Shown: positions 32,990 to 46,729, counted from the first letter of the stretch. The stretch: DNA of 64,000 nt from an uncultured Planctomycetota bacterium (GCA_963849325.1 CAWKHF010000001.1:256001-320000); one strand, 5' to 3'. The notes: generated by a model from the letters alone, not told the origin. Numbers and translations: made by a program.

Positions 32990-34587
32990 ATGACCCGTCC
33001 TCGCTTCGCCCTCTTCGCTCTGTTCGCTCTCTTGTCGCTGACGACCGCCGCGAAGGCCGTGGACAAGGACAAGCTACGGCGAACGATTCGACTCCCTCAG
33101 GTTAATTTGATCTTCGGCTACGGTGTCAGTGGACGAGGTGAGTTCACCAGTCCCTCGGAATTAAGGCCCCAGCCGGAGAAGATAGCGGAGATCGAGAGCC
33201 AATTGAAGGGCGACGCCACCGATGGCGAGCGTTACTACCAACTGTACCAGCTCTACTTTCTCGCCCATCAACCCGCCAAGGGCAGGGAGGCCCTCCGCCA
33301 GGCAGAGTCGTTGCTAGGCCCCAAGAAAAATTGAACAGCACCCAAAGGAGATCGTGTTCCGCCTCCGTCTGGCCGATGCCCTGGAACCCCTCGAAAAAGG
33401 AGAGGAAGCCACGTGCGCAGGCGCGGTGAAGGATGGCCCGGAGAACTGGCACGCCTGGCTTGCTCTCGGCAGTTTCCTGTACTTCCGCTCCTCGTCGGCA
33501 ATTACAGGCGGTAAGACGTTACCGATCGGCGGCGACCCGCAACAAATATCGCAGGCGATGCGAGCCCCTTCAGCCAACTTCCGAACAGATCGAGACGGCG
33601 AGCGCTATCATAGCGAAGCGGAGCACTGCTTCCAGCGTGCGGTCGCTCTCGCCCCCCAAGAGCCGGAAGTTTATCGACTGCGGGGAGCAGCGCGTACCTT
33701 AACTGCTACCTCGATTGCAGCCTGCGATTGTACAAGGGAAAGGAAGCCGATTTCTTCGCGGCCGCCTCCGCACCTGAAGCGATGTCGGACCTGCGTAAAG
33801 CCTTCGATCTGAGTCAGACCGACTACATGGGCCTTGGCATGGTCATTATGACAGAGGTGACAGGAGAAATTTGCCGATACCATTTCCAAAATCCGTCCGC
33901 CAAACAACCGGAGAAACTGCTGGACATACTGTCGGAATCCACACGGAAGCCGCGTGCGTCAGGACATGGCTCTGCTCGAAAAAGAGACACAACTGGCGGA
34001 TAAAAAAAGACAGCCGAAGCGGCGGAGGTCTTCGGCGTCGTGCAGTTAATGATTTTCCAGGATGTTTCCGCTGCTGAAAGAGTGCCCGGGAGCGTCTCCC
34101 TCGATCTATCGCGCAACATGGCTTATATGTGGACTACATTTCTTGAGGGAACCAAGTCGCCATAGCGAGGCGGCTGATGCCTGCCGCCAACGGTTGCAGT
34201 ACGAGGATTCGCCCCAAAACCGGCTATTCTTGGCAAAAGCGTATGAGGATCTCAATCAACTCGATAAAGCCGAGGCGGTAATTCGAGTGGGCCTCAATCA
34301 CACTCCCGATGACTTCATGCTGAAACTCGCTCTAGCAGACTTACTCCTCCTGCACGGCTCTAGCGAAGACCTTCAACAAGCGGGGGAAATACTCTATGAG
34401 ATGCGCAAGGCCCAAATGCTGGAAGGAGGAGGTGAAAACTGCTGGACCAACTATGCCTTCGAGCTGCGGCGTTTACTTCGGGCTGATCGGCGAAAATAAG
34501 ACGGCTCACGAATGGCTGGAGAAAGTTCAGCAGCACCAGCCACAATATCCGAATATCCAAGACGCCTTGAAAGCCCTCGACGAATGA
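32990..34587 (+). CDS. Secreted TPR-repeat protein (several frameshifts, possibly a pseudogene)
   Basis: Signal peptide MTRPRFALFALFALLSLTTAAKA; TPR-like motifs PENWHAWLALG, FQRAVALAPQEPEVYRLRG, PDDFMLKLALA. Confidence 0.65.
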
Positions 34588-34597
34588 ACGAAGCCAA

Positions 34598-35768
34598 TTA
34601 CTCCTCCGTCACGGCCTTGACGATCAACGTCGCATAGCAGCCACGCGGCAACTCGAAGCCCAGTGTCAGCTTGTCTCGTCCGCGGTGCTTCTCGTCGGCG
34701 CCGAATTCGTGCGTCAACTCACACGGCAGACACAAGGCGGCGCGTTCGCCGCGCGAAAAGAACATCTCGCGGATGCCCTTTATCTGCATTTGTCGCAATT
34801 CCAATCCTTCCTCCGCCAGCACCGTCCGTACCAACTCGGCGCGCGGATCGGCGTCCTCCAGCTTCAGCCGGGCCGAGGGCAAGCGGCAGTTGCAAGGCCG
34901 CCAGCTCGCGCTATTGCTCGTCGGTCAGTCCACGGTGGAACGGCACTTCGCCCAGGCGCAGCGACACCGAACGCCGTTGCTCCGGCGGCAGGTGCATGCG
35001 TCAGCCAGTGGGCGAGCATACGGTTCCACAGATGGCTCTGGTACGCCGACAGGTACAGGCCGCGCAGCTCCGGCCGCAGCCGCGCCACGGCGCCGCGGAA
35101 GTCGCCGGGGTGGACGCGCAGATAATCGACCAGGCTGCGAGCGTGGCCGCGCGGCAGCACGTCCTTGAGCCGCGCCCAGTCGCCCCAGTGCGCGGCCAGC
35201 AGACGCTTCTCCTCCTTCTGGGCGGCGCGGTCGAATTCGTAGGGGGCGGCCAGGGCCAGGCGCAGCGCGTCCTCGAAACGACCGCGCACCAGCAGGCGAG
35301 CGATGAACTCGCCGCCCTCCCCGGCGACAGAGCCGAAACGCTGATCGTCGAAATAATTCGGCACGCCCTCCCGCGCCAGCACACCCAATCGCTCCTCGAT
35401 CGCCGGCCGACTGTCGCGGCGGCAGATCGCGCAGGGTGAGGCGGAAGCGGTTGGCCTGGATGTCCTGCGACGTGTAGGCGGCGGCGACCTGCCCGAGGTA
35501 TTGCACGGTGACGTCGTGGTGTCGCAGGTTGCGGCGCGGGCCGTGGAAGATCGTCAGATATTGCACGGTCCAGGCGTGGCGGTCCTTCAGGCCGCCGTAG
35601 GAGATGCGCCGCGGCTCGATGCGCCAGCGCCGCCGCACAGCGGCCAGCGCGTCCGGCGTGGACCAGCCGCGCTTCTCCAGGCGATACAGCGCGAACGGGC
35701 CCTCGGCCGGAGAAATCGGCGGTGATTTCCTCGACCTGGAAATCGTCCGGCTGCTGTTTGAGCTTCAT
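34598..35768 (-). CDS. truD: tRNA pseudouridine(13) synthase (frameshifted)
   Basis: MKLKQQPDDFQVEE, YGGLKDRHAWTVQY, NRFRLTLR, GVPNYFDDQRFGS, YLSAYQSHLWN, FELPRGCYAT. Confidence 0.93.
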
Positions 35769-36121
35769 GGGGAGAGAACGAGGAGGGGAGAAAAAAAGTG
35801 AGGCCGAGAGGAGGGAACCCAAAACCGTCGCCCAGTCAGCTTTGAATCCCGGTTCTCTCGGCCTCATCAGTGGCGAGCAAGTTGCCTTGCTCTCCCCTTC
35901 TTGTATCAGAGTCTTGCGCGAAAGCAAGCTCTTTCCACAAAATTTTTCCACAATCTTTCACGACCCGACGCGGACGCTCAGCGTCGATCCGATAAGCCCC
36001 TCTCCCCCGAGTACGGGGGAGAGGGGTTGGGGTGAGGGGGTGCGCTTCGCGGGTTTGCCGCCCCCTCACCCCCTACCCCTCTCCCCCGAAGCGGGGGAGA
36101 GGGGGCTTACCGGGCAGACGT

Positions 36122-37140
36122 TCAGCGATCGTCCAGGCGAATGCAGATTTTGCCGAAGTGGGCGCCGCTCTCCATGTGGCGGAACGCCTCGGGAACCTCG
36201 GCGAACGAAAAGACGCGATCGACGACGGGGCGCAGTCGATTGCCGGCGATGGCGCGATTCATGGCCTCGAACATCTCGCGCGAGCCGACGAAGATGCCCT
36301 GAACGCGGACGCCCTTCATGAGGATCGGCATGGGATTGGCCTGGCCGGCGACCGGACAGCACGCCGATGAGACTGATCTGTCCGCCCATGCGCACGGCTC
36401 GCAGCGATTGGCCGAGCGTGCCGGCGCCGCCGACCTCGACGACGTGATCGACGCCGCGACCGCCGGTCAGCTCGCGGACTTTTTCTCCCCATTCAGGAGT
36501 TGTTTTGTAGTTTATGCCGTCCGAGGCGCCGAGACCGCGGGCGCGCTCCAGCTTGTCGTCACGGCTAGACGTGATGAGGACGCGGGCGCCGGCCAGGCGG
36601 GCGAACTGCAAGGCGAACAGCGACACGCCGCCGGTGCCCTGCACGAGCACGCTGTCGCCGGGCTTGACGCGCCCCTCGGTAATCAGGCCATGCCAGGCGG
36701 TGACGGCGGCGCAGGGAAGCGTCGCCGCCTCCTCGAAGCTCAGGTGCTCCGGCACCACCACCACGCCATCCTCGTGCAGCACGGCATACTCGGCCAGCAG
36801 ACCGTCGATGGCGCCGCCCAGCGCCGACTTCGCCTTGGCCTCGTCCAGCTCGCCGGAGAGCCATTGTCTGCATGAAGATGGCGGCGACGCGCTGACCGAC
36901 CTGGACGCGGCGGACGCCCGGCCCGACGGCGGCCACTTCGCCGGCGGCGTCGGAGAGCGGGATGCGCGGCAGCGGCATCTTCGGATTGTACTGGCCCTTG
37001 ACGACCAACAGATCGCGGTAATTCAGCGACGCCGCCCGGATGCGCACGAGCACTTCGTGCGGACCCGGTTGCGGCTGCGGCCGCTCGGCCAACGTCAAGG
37101 CGTCCAGGCCGAAGCGATCGCGGATTTCATAGACCTTCAT
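36122..37140 (-). CDS. NAD(P)-dependent alcohol dehydrogenase / MDR family (frameshifted)
   Basis: [51 protein letters not shown]. Confidence 0.92.
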
Positions 37141-37240
37141 TATCCCTCCCATCTCCAGAGGACCTATCCCCGGTGAGCCGAGACCCTGGGAACTTGTTAG
37201 CGGCTTGGCACCGTTTTGCAAAGAGTGGGCGGCAAGGACC

Positions 37241-37294
37241 GAGCCGCGACCGTCAGGGAGCGGAGAAAGCCCCGCTCCCTGACGGTCGCGGCTC
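37241..37294. repeat. REP-like palindrome family D (degenerate copy at about 62097-62170)
   Basis: GAGCCGCGACCGTCAGGGAGCGG ... CCGCTCCCTGACGGTCGCGGCTC. Confidence 0.85.
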
Positions 37295-37427
37295 CGAGAG
37301 ACGATAAGCCAATATCCTACCTGAAACCCCCTTTTCTCCCATTTCCCCGATTTTCCCATTGCACTCGACTCGCGCCGGCACTACCTTGTGACGGGAGCCT
37401 GTCACCTTGTTCCGGAGAAGTGGCGCC

Positions 37428-39275
37428 ATGTTCTCCCCAATGCCGCGGCGGCGAGTGGACCTGTTCCTGGAAGAGCTGGAAGACCGCTGCCTGTTGAGCG
37501 TTACGGCCGTGCCGCAAACCTTCACCGCGGCCGAAGGTGTCAGCACGCCGATCGCCGTCATGGCCTTCACCGACACCGAAAGCGTCGGCCCCGATAATTT
37601 CACCAACGTCCAGATCAACTGGGGCGACGGCACGACCACCGCCGGCACCATCACGCAACCCGGCGGCACCGGCGCGCCGTTCCTGGTCACCGGCAGTCAC
37701 GCCTACGCGGTGGAAGGCCCCCAGTCGATCTCGGTCTCCATGCACGATACGCAGGACAACCAGGACGTGAACCTGACCGGCAGCACGGCGACCATCCCCG
37801 ACGCGCCGCTGCTGCCCGGCACTGCGTCCGCCGTCCCCACCAACGTCCTCACCGGCGTCGGCACCGGCAGCGCCGCCGGCAGCGCCGCCGCGGCGCTGAG
37901 CAGTTTCGAGACGGCCATCGGCGGCACGAACAACGGCGGCACCGCCTCTCCGCAGTCGGGCGGCTTCCGCACCATCAACTGGGACGGCGTACCGCTGGAC
38001 GGCAACGATCCCGGTTTCAGCGACACGGTAATCGTCCCCAACAGCGTCGTCGGCATCCCCACCAACCGCTTCCAGGAGCGCGGCGTCCAGTTCGCCGAGG
38101 TCTACGCCGTCAGCGGTCCCAACCCCGCCACGCCCTCCGATAACTCGACGTTCGTCACCGTCAATCCGAACGTGGACGGGCTGTTTCCGCCCTTCAGCTC
38201 GCCCAAGACGTTCGCCATGTTCAACGAGAACACCATCGAGCTGAACATCGTCCAGCCCAGCTCGCACACCACGACGCCGACGCCGGCCGCCACCAGCGCC
38301 TTCGGCGCCGTCTTCCTCAACGTCGAGCAACCCAACACGTCGAGCATCGAGTTTTTCGACGGCGATCAGAGCCTCGGCAAATACTATGTGCCGATCGCAG
38401 CGCCAGGCCAACCGGAGTTCCTTGGCGTGCAGTTCTCCAGCCCGGTCATCACCAACGTCACGCTGACCCTGGGCAGCGGCGTCCTGTTCAGTTTCGACGG
38501 CAAGACCGTAACCTCCGGCGGGGCCAACAGTGCGACGAACAACCTGGTCGCCACCGACGATTTCGCCTACGCCGAGCCGGCGGCACTGGCGTCTTCCTCG
38601 ACGACGACGCTCAGCGCCGCCGCCGGCGTCTCTCTCAACAACGTCCTGGTCGGCCAGTTCACCGATTCGTCGCCCCCCGCCGATGCCAGCGGTTTCACGG
38701 CCACGATCGACTGGGGCGACGGTCACACCTCGCCGGGCACCATCACGTCCAACGGCAACGGCCTGTTCAGCGTCAACGGCAGCAACACCTACGCCAACGG
38801 CGGTACGTTCGCCGTCAGCGCCGTGGTACAGGACTTCGGCGGCAGCATTGTGACGCTGACCAACACGGCCAACGTCACCGGCTCGTCCTCTCCCACTCCC
38901 ACCCCCACTCCCTCCCCCAGCCCTACCTCCGGGCCGTCCTCCGAGCTGCTGAACCAGCTGGAGCTGAACGCCTACTTCCTGCCGCAGCTGCTCACCTTCT
39001 CCGGCGAGAATGCGGCCCTGTTCTCGTTCACCAACGCCTTTTTGCTGTCCATGAACGCATCGAGTTCGCAAACCAATCAGCTGATGTCGGACGAGATGGC
39101 CCTGGCCTTCGACCTGGTGATGGTCTCGCTCGATTCTTCGCGGGGCGATGAGATCAATTCGTTGGTGGACTCGATCGACAACAACCCGGCCTTCAGCACG
39201 CCGGCCGGCTACGCCACCGGACTGCTGTCCGCGGAGCTGGCCTTCGCCGCCCTGAATCCGGCCCCTCGAAGTTAG
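37428..39275 (+). CDS. Extracellular protein with planctomycete-type N-terminus and two PKD/Ig-like domains
   Basis: LEELEDRCLLS; INWGDG and IDWGDG repeats; Ser/Thr-rich; PT/PS linker before a helical C-terminus. Confidence 0.8.
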   Translation: MFSPMPRRRVDLFLEELEDRCLLSVTAVPQTFTAAEGVSTPIAVMAFTDTESVGPDNFTNVQINWGDGTTTAGTITQPGGTGAPFLVTGSHAYAVEGPQSISVSMHDTQDNQDVNLTGSTATIPDAPLLPGTASAVPTNVLTGVGTGSAAGSAAAALSSFETAIGGTNNGGTASPQSGGFRTINWDGVPLDGNDPGFSDTVIVPNSVVGIPTNRFQERGVQFAEVYAVSGPNPATPSDNSTFVTVNPNVDGLFPPFSSPKTFAMFNENTIELNIVQPSSHTTTPTPAATSAFGAVFLNVEQPNTSSIEFFDGDQSLGKYYVPIAAPGQPEFLGVQFSSPVITNVTLTLGSGVLFSFDGKTVTSGGANSATNNLVATDDFAYAEPAALASSSTTTLSAAAGVSLNNVLVGQFTDSSPPADASGFTATIDWGDGHTSPGTITSNGNGLFSVNGSNTYANGGTFAVSAVVQDFGGSIVTLTNTANVTGSSSPTPTPTPSPSPTSGPSSELLNQLELNAYFLPQLLTFSGENAALFSFTNAFLLSMNASSSQTNQLMSDEMALAFDLVMVSLDSSRGDEINSLVDSIDNNPAFSTPAGYATGLLSAELAFAALNPAPRS

Positions 39276-39500
39276 GCGCGCGGACGTCTTCATCCGAGCC
39301 TGAAGCGTAAGCGAAGAGCGCGACCACCTTCGGTTGTCGCGCTCTTCGCTTACGCTTCAGGCTCCGATTTCAATGCCCTGCCATTCCGACAGGTCCATAC
39401 TTCTTCCGGCGCAATCTTGGCAGCGAGTGACGAGGCGCTCCCGTTCCATTTTCCATCGCAACTCCTTATGATTACAACACTTTCGCGTAATGATTCTTTC

Positions 39501-39517
39501 GGGCATGGCACTTGCAT
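39501..39517 (+). promoter_or_regulatory. Candidate sigma-54 promoter of groES-groEL
   Basis: GGGCATGGCACTTGCA has the GG-N10-GC spacing with TTGCA, about 50 bp upstream of groES. Confidence 0.55.
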
Positions 39518-39568
39518 TCCGGCAAGACATCCGTGGACTCGTTGGAAGCGCTGACAAGGGAGAGGGTC

Positions 39569-39862
39569 ATGAAGATCAAACCGCTGGGCGACCGGATTGT
39601 GATCCGGCGTTTCGAGGCGCAGGAGAAGACGGCCGGCGGCATTCTTCTGCCGGACTCGGCCCAGAACAAACCGCAAAAGGGCAAGGTCCTGCACGTCGGC
39701 CCCGGCCGACTGCTCAAGGACGGCAAGCGTCAACCGCTCCAGGTCAAGGAGGGCGACGTCGTGCTGTTCACCAACTGGGCCGGCGATGAATTCAAGCAGG
39801 CCCACGGAGACAATATCCTCCTCATGCGCGAGGAAGACGTACTGGCCGTGGTGGAAGAATAA
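39569..39862 (+). CDS. groES: Co-chaperonin GroES
   Basis: MKIKPLGDRIV..EKTAGGILLPDSAQNKPQKGKVLHVGPG..MREEDVLAVV. Confidence 0.97.
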   Translation: MKIKPLGDRIVIRRFEAQEKTAGGILLPDSAQNKPQKGKVLHVGPGRLLKDGKRQPLQVKEGDVVLFTNWAGDEFKQAHGDNILLMREEDVLAVVEE

Positions 39863-39863
39863 A

Positions 39864-41588
<1,725 letters not shown>

Positions 41589-41737
41589 GCCGCCGGCAGC
41601 TTGACGGCGTGAGAACGCCGCCGCGCGACGAGGCGATGCCTTGTTCTCGCGGCGGCGTTCGCTTCCGCAATGCTTGCGAGATTGCGGAAAGCCTGGTAGG
41701 ATCACATCATCTGCTCGTTTGGCGGGAGACGAAGACC

Positions 41738-41998
41738 ATGTTTACCGCGAATGACATCGATCACCGGGTCAAAGTGCGTCCCTTCCGTCCATTCCGCATC
41801 GTGACAAGTTCCGACGAAACTTATGATGTTGCTCACCCCGAACTTATCCTGGTCGGCCAGCATGACATCGTCGTCGGCTTGACCGGCCCAAATAGTCCCA
41901 AATACTACGACCAGATCGCGCGCATTGCGCTCATGCACGTCACCGCCTTGCACGACCTGCCGGTTTCCGCCCCGCCGCCCGGCAACGGTCAGACGTAA
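41738..41998 (+). CDS. Small conserved hypothetical protein
   Basis: [39 protein letters not shown] upstream. Confidence 0.7.
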   Translation: MFTANDIDHRVKVRPFRPFRIVTSSDETYDVAHPELILVGQHDIVVGLTGPNSPKYYDQIARIALMHVTALHDLPVSAPPPGNGQT

Positions 41999-42011
41999 CG
42001 GATCGGATTGT

Positions 42012-43184
42012 TTAGTAGCCGGAGGTGAGGATCGTTGCCGGTTTCCGGGTACGCTGGCGCTCATCCTCGTGACGGCGGAACCACGCCGCCACTAGCAAAA
42101 CCCCATCGATCTCGCTCACTCCTGGCAGCGCCTTTTCACGCTGATACACTCGTTCGAGCAGTTTCGTTACCTCCGCCCGGCTCGCTTCCTCCTGCGGGGC
42201 CGGCACGACGGCACACACGCGGCCGCCGTGGATGAGATACCACCATTCCGCTTCATCGTGGCCGCGCACGGGATAGACGAAGGAGTACCGCGACGCTTCG
42301 CGCACGCGCCGCAGACGTTCGCACAGCCACGTCATCGTATCGAGCTTGTCGCGCAGGGCGGCGGCGCGCTCGAACGCCAGGCTCGCGGAGGCGGCCGTCA
42401 TCTCGCGTTCGATCGTGCCCAGCGGCGAATCATCTTCGCCGCCGAGGAAGGCCAGGACGGCCCGGACGTTGGCTTCGTAGTCGTCGCGCGAACAGGCGGC
42501 GGCGCACGGGCCGAGACAGTTGCCGATCTCGTGACGGATGCAGCCGGCCGCCAGCGGCAGGGCGAACAGCTCCGGCTGATCGGCGAAGGTCATCGTCTGT
42601 GCTTGCGGGCAGTCGCGCAGGCGAAACCAGTCGTTGAGGCGGCGCACGGCCTCCTGTGCCTTGAAACCGGCGGGCACCGAACCGAAGTGGGCCAACGCCG
42701 TCCGCGGCGGTTGCCGGGCCAGGAAGACGGTCGCGGCCGGACGCCGGCCGACGCACACGTACACGCGCCGCCGGTGCAACGGCTGGCCCTGCACGTTGAA
42801 GCGCGGCTGCCAGCGCTGGATCAGTTCCAGTTCGCGCAGGAGGGCGGCGAACTCGCTCGGCGCGACCTCCCAGGCCAGCGTGCGCGTGTTCTTCAGGATG
42901 CGGCCGGCCTTGGGATCACGGCTCCGGGGCCGGAAGTAACTCAGCAGCCGGGCGCGCAGGTCCTTCGCTTTGCCGACGTAGATCAACTCGCCGCTGGCAT
43001 CGACCATGCCGTAGACGCCCGGCAGACGCGGACAGTCGCGGCGCATCAGGCGCGCAGTCGGCCGGGACGACGGGCCTTGACCCGATGCAGCGGGGGCGCT
43101 TCCGTGCCGGGCGACAGCGCAAGCGGGCCGAACCCCGTGAACGTCTGACGGGCAAAGAGTCCTTTCACCGTCCTCCTCCACCAA
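42012..43184 (-). CDS. GIY-YIG nuclease with UVR domain (UvrC N-terminus/Cho-like)
   Basis: PGVYGM..LIYVGKAKDLRARLLSYF, ELELIQRWQPRFN, CLGPC, MTAASASLAFERAAALRD. Confidence 0.88.
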   Translation of the reverse strand: MVEEDGERTLCPSDVHGVRPACAVARHGSAPAASGQGPSSRPTARLMRRDCPRLPGVYGMVDASGELIYVGKAKDLRARLLSYFRPRSRDPKAGRILKNTRTLAWEVAPSEFAALLRELELIQRWQPRFNVQGQPLHRRRVYVCVGRRPAATVFLARQPPRTALAHFGSVPAGFKAQEAVRRLNDWFRLRDCPQAQTMTFADQPELFALPLAAGCIRHEIGNCLGPCAAACSRDDYEANVRAVLAFLGGEDDSPLGTIEREMTAASASLAFERAAALRDKLDTMTWLCERLRRVREASRYSFVYPVRGHDEAEWWYLIHGGRVCAVVPAPQEEASRAEVTKLLERVYQREKALPGVSEIDGVLLVAAWFRRHEDERQRTRKPATILTSGY

Positions 43185-43274
43185 GCTGGACCTCCGGGCT
43201 GGTGTGATTCTAGCGATCGTAACGATTGAAAGGCCAGCCGCCGCGCAGGAGTATTATTTTGTACACTTGAACTC

Positions 43275-43303
43275 TTGACTACTGATGAGGCGGAGATTAT
43301 CTT
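43275..43303 (+). promoter_or_regulatory. Sigma-70-type promoter
   Basis: TTGACT-N17-TATCTT preceded by an AT-rich stretch. Confidence 0.55.
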
Positions 43304-43330
43304 TCACCGCGGCGTCTCGGGGACGCCGGC

Positions 43331-43378
43331 ACCGGAGCCGCCCGGCTGGGACATTGGGGCGGCTCCGGTCTGCTTTTG
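43331..43378 (+). terminator. GC-rich hairpin followed by a T-run
   Basis: ACCGGAGCCGCCC ... GGGCGGCTCCGGT, then CTGCTTTT. Confidence 0.5.
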
Positions 43379-43797
43379 AGACACGAATCGAATGAACCAC
43401 CAGCCCGGAGCGCTAGCGACGGTTTCTTAACCCGTCGCGGACGCTCCGGGCTTGTCGGCGAAAGTTAGCGTGAGCAACCCATTTCCCGACCCTTTCCCTA
43501 TTCTCCTCTCGGCGTCGTAACCATACGATAACGGTAGCACGAGCGCAGCTGCGCTTCCAGAGAGCAGGGAAGCACACAAGTCGCTTTGGGCCGGACGTTC
43601 GGTTGTCTCCCTCCGAGGGGCCGGATTCGATTCGCCCCGGAATCAGACCTGACGATTGTAACAGGCACAGCACCCTCCTTGATCGCCGCGCCGCGTTTTT
43701 GCTCGCGAAAGAGTAAAGCGGTTTTCTTCGCATCGGTTAAATTTGGATAAGATGCGAAGTTTTAGTGGACGGGGTAATATGGCCGGGAGACAATAGT

Positions 43798-44600
43798 ATG
43801 CATCGGGATTTGCGTGGGACTCGCATCCTGATTACGGGCGCGTCGAGCGGCATCGGCCGCTGCCTGGCGGAACAGGCGGCGCGCGCGGAGCGCGACTGGT
43901 TCTCGTCGCCCGCTCGGCCGACAAACTGCGGGAGTTGGCGACCAATCTCGGCTCCGGCGGAACGGAAGTGCTGGCGCTTCCCGGCGACGTGACCAGCGAG
44001 GCGGATCGGCAGGGCGTCCTCGCCGCCGCCGTGGAACGCTTCGACGGACTGGACGTGCTCGTCAACAACGCCGGCGTTGGCAGCTGGGGGCACTTCGCCG
44101 AAGGCTCGGAAGAGATCCTGCGCAAGGTCATGGAGGTCAACTTCTTCGCCCCGGCCGAGTTGATTCGCCTGGCCGTGCCGGTGCTGCGCAAGGGTCGCCA
44201 GCCGGCCATCGTCAACATCGCCTCGATGTGCGGCCGGCGCGGCATGCCGGCCTGGAGCGAGTATTCCGCCAGCAAGTTCGCCCTGTGCGGCCTGACCGAA
44301 GCCCTGCGCGGCGAGATGGTGCGCTTCGCCATCGACGTCCTGCTCGTGGTGCCCGGCCTGACGCGCAGCGACCTAGGCCGGCACCTGCTGCGCAACACCG
44401 GCCGTTATCCGATCGATTTCGGCAAAGGCATGGCGCCGGAAAAAGTCGCCGCCGGCATCCTGCGTGCATTGACGAAGAATCGAACCGAGACGGTCCTGGG
44501 TTGGGATGCGTGCTGGATGCTCCGCGTCAATCGGTTTCTCCCGCGCCTGGTGGACGCCATCCTGGCCCGACAGGTCCGGCGGTTGTACGCCTCGGCATGA
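43798..44600 (+). CDS. SDR family oxidoreductase (frameshift near 43890)
   Basis: ILITGASSGIG, LVNNAG, YSASK. Confidence 0.92.
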
Positions 44601-44625
44601 CGCCCGTAGCAGAGAGGATGAATGG

Positions 44626-46706
44626 ATGTGTGGTATCGCGGGGATCGTGGACCTATCGGGCGAGGGGCGGCCAGCCCCGACGACGCCCTCCGTGCCATGG
44701 CCGAGGCGATCGACCACCGCGGGCCGGACGAGGACGGCTTTCTGGAACGGCCCGGCCTGGCGTTCGCCTCGCGCCGCCTGAGCATCGTCGGCCTGGCCGA
44801 CGGCCGGCAGCCGATCCACAACGAGGACGGCTCCGTCTCCGTCGTCTTCAACGGCGAACTGTTCGACTATCCCGAGGGACGCGCCGAGCTGGAAGGGCGC
44901 GGCCACCGCTTCCCCACCCACTGCGACACCGAGCTGATTCCGCACCGCTGGGAAGACCACCAGGAAGACATCTTTCCCCACCTGCGCGGCCAGTTCGCCT
45001 TCGCCCTGTGGGACGCTCGGCTGCGCCGCGTCATCTTGGCCCGCGACCGCTTCGGCATCTGCCCGCTGTACTGGACACGGCAGACCGTGCAAGGCGGCGA
45101 ATGGCTGCTGTTCGCCTCGGAGATCAAGGCGCTGCTGGCCTCGGGTATGGTCGCGGCCCGGCCCGACCCGCGCGGCATCAATCACCTCTTCACCTTCTTC
45201 GCCCTGCCCGGCCCGGTCACCTGCTTCGAGGGCGTGCAACTGCTGCCCCCCGGCCATTACCTGCGCGTCCAGCTCGGCGCCGCCGGCGAGGCCGCTCGCG
45301 TCAGCGAGCGCATCTACTGGCAGATCGATTTCCCCGACCGGGGGCAGGAAGATTACTCGCGCGACGACAAGCAGCTCGCCGACGAGTTCGAGGAGGTGCT
45401 GATGGACGCGGTGACGCGCCGGCTGCGGGCCGACGTGCCGGTCGTGTCGTACCTGTCCGGCGGCGTCGATTCGAGCGTCGTGGTGGCCCTGGCCAGCCAT
45501 GTGCGCGGCACGCCGATCCCGACGTTCACCATCCGCATCACTCGGCCCGACCTCGACGAGACTGCCGAGGCCGCCCTGGTGGCCCGCCACGTCGGCGTCG
45601 AGCCGGTCGTCGTGGATTGCGGCCCCGACGAGGTGCTGGACAACTACCCGACCCTGATCCGCGCCGCCGAGGGGCCGGTGATCGATACCTCGTGCGCCGC
45701 CCTGCTGATGCTGGCCCGCGAGGTCCACCGCCGCGGCTACAAGGTGGCCCTGACCGGCGAAGGCGCCGACGAATGGCTGGCCGGCTATCCCTGGCACAAG
45801 GTCCACCGGCTGCTCGGCTGGCTCGACGTCGTTCCCGGCCTGCCGCTCAGCCAGATGGCGCGCCGCGCCTTCGTCCGCCTGACGGGGGCGCCGACTTTCT
45901 CCTGGACGTATGCACGGCGAGCGCAGGCGGCGGTCGGCGGACACAACGGCTGGCTGGACATCTACGGCCTGATGAGCATGTCCAAGCTGCGCTTCTTCAG
46001 CGTCGATGCTGCAAGTCGCCCAGGATCGCCCTCCTACGAGGACCTGGGCTTCGACCTCGATCGCATGCGCCGCTGGCATCCGCTCAACCGCGAGCTGGCC
46101 GTCGGCGCTCGCATCCAGCTGCCCGGCCTGCTGCTGGCCGCCAAGGGCGACCGCGTGGCGATGAACTCCTCGGTCGAGACGCGCTATCCGTTCCTCGACG
46201 AGGAGGTGTTCGATTTCCTCGCCCGCGTGCCGCCGCGCTGGAAGCTGCGCGGCCTGCGCGACAAGGTGCTGCTGCGCCGCGTGGCCGAGCGCTGGCTGCC
46301 GCGTCCATCGCCTGGCGGCGCAAGGCCATGTTCCGCGCTCCCTTCGACAGCTTCCACCTGGAGCACGCCCCGCGTTCGTCGACCAACTGCTCAGCCCCGA
46401 ATCGCTGCGGCGCACCGGCTATTTCGACCGGAGGCGGTCGAGCATTGGCGGACGGCCTTCCGCGACCTGCGGCGGCGGACGCCGCAGCGAGCGTCGGTCG
46501 AGATGGGCCTGGTCGGCGTGCTGGCCACGCAGCTGTGGCACCAGACGTTCATCGACGGCAGCCTGGCCGACCTGCCGTCGCTGGCTCACAAAAAGCGATC
46601 AGCGATCAGCGATCAGCGGTCAGCGATCAGCGGTCAGCAATCAGCCGTCGGGCAGGAAAACGGCAACGGTTCGCAGTCAACAAAGGTGCGTTTGGCTGAT
46701 CGCTGA
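44626..46706 (+). CDS. asnB: Asparagine synthase (glutamine-hydrolysing) family amidotransferase (frameshifted)
   Basis: MCGIAG, HRGPD, RRLSIV, FNGE, ARDRFGICPLY, YLSGGVDSS, LTGEGADE, DRVAMNSSVETRYPFLD. Confidence 0.92.
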
Positions 46707-46718
46707 TCGCTGATCGCT
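46596..46718. repeat. Heptamer arrays (GATCAGC)n with an inverted (GCTGATC)n arm
   Basis: CGATCAGCGATCAGCGATCAGCGGTCAGCGATCAGCGGTCAGC ... GCTGATCGCTGATCGCTGATCGCT at the 3' end of asnB. Confidence 0.8.
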
Positions 46719-46729
46719 TTGAGGGCAAC

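Noticed and set aside
44626-46706. Lasso peptide cyclase
   Set aside because: It keeps the N-terminal MCGIAG glutaminase Cys, and I see no lasso B protease or lasso-type precursor nearby.
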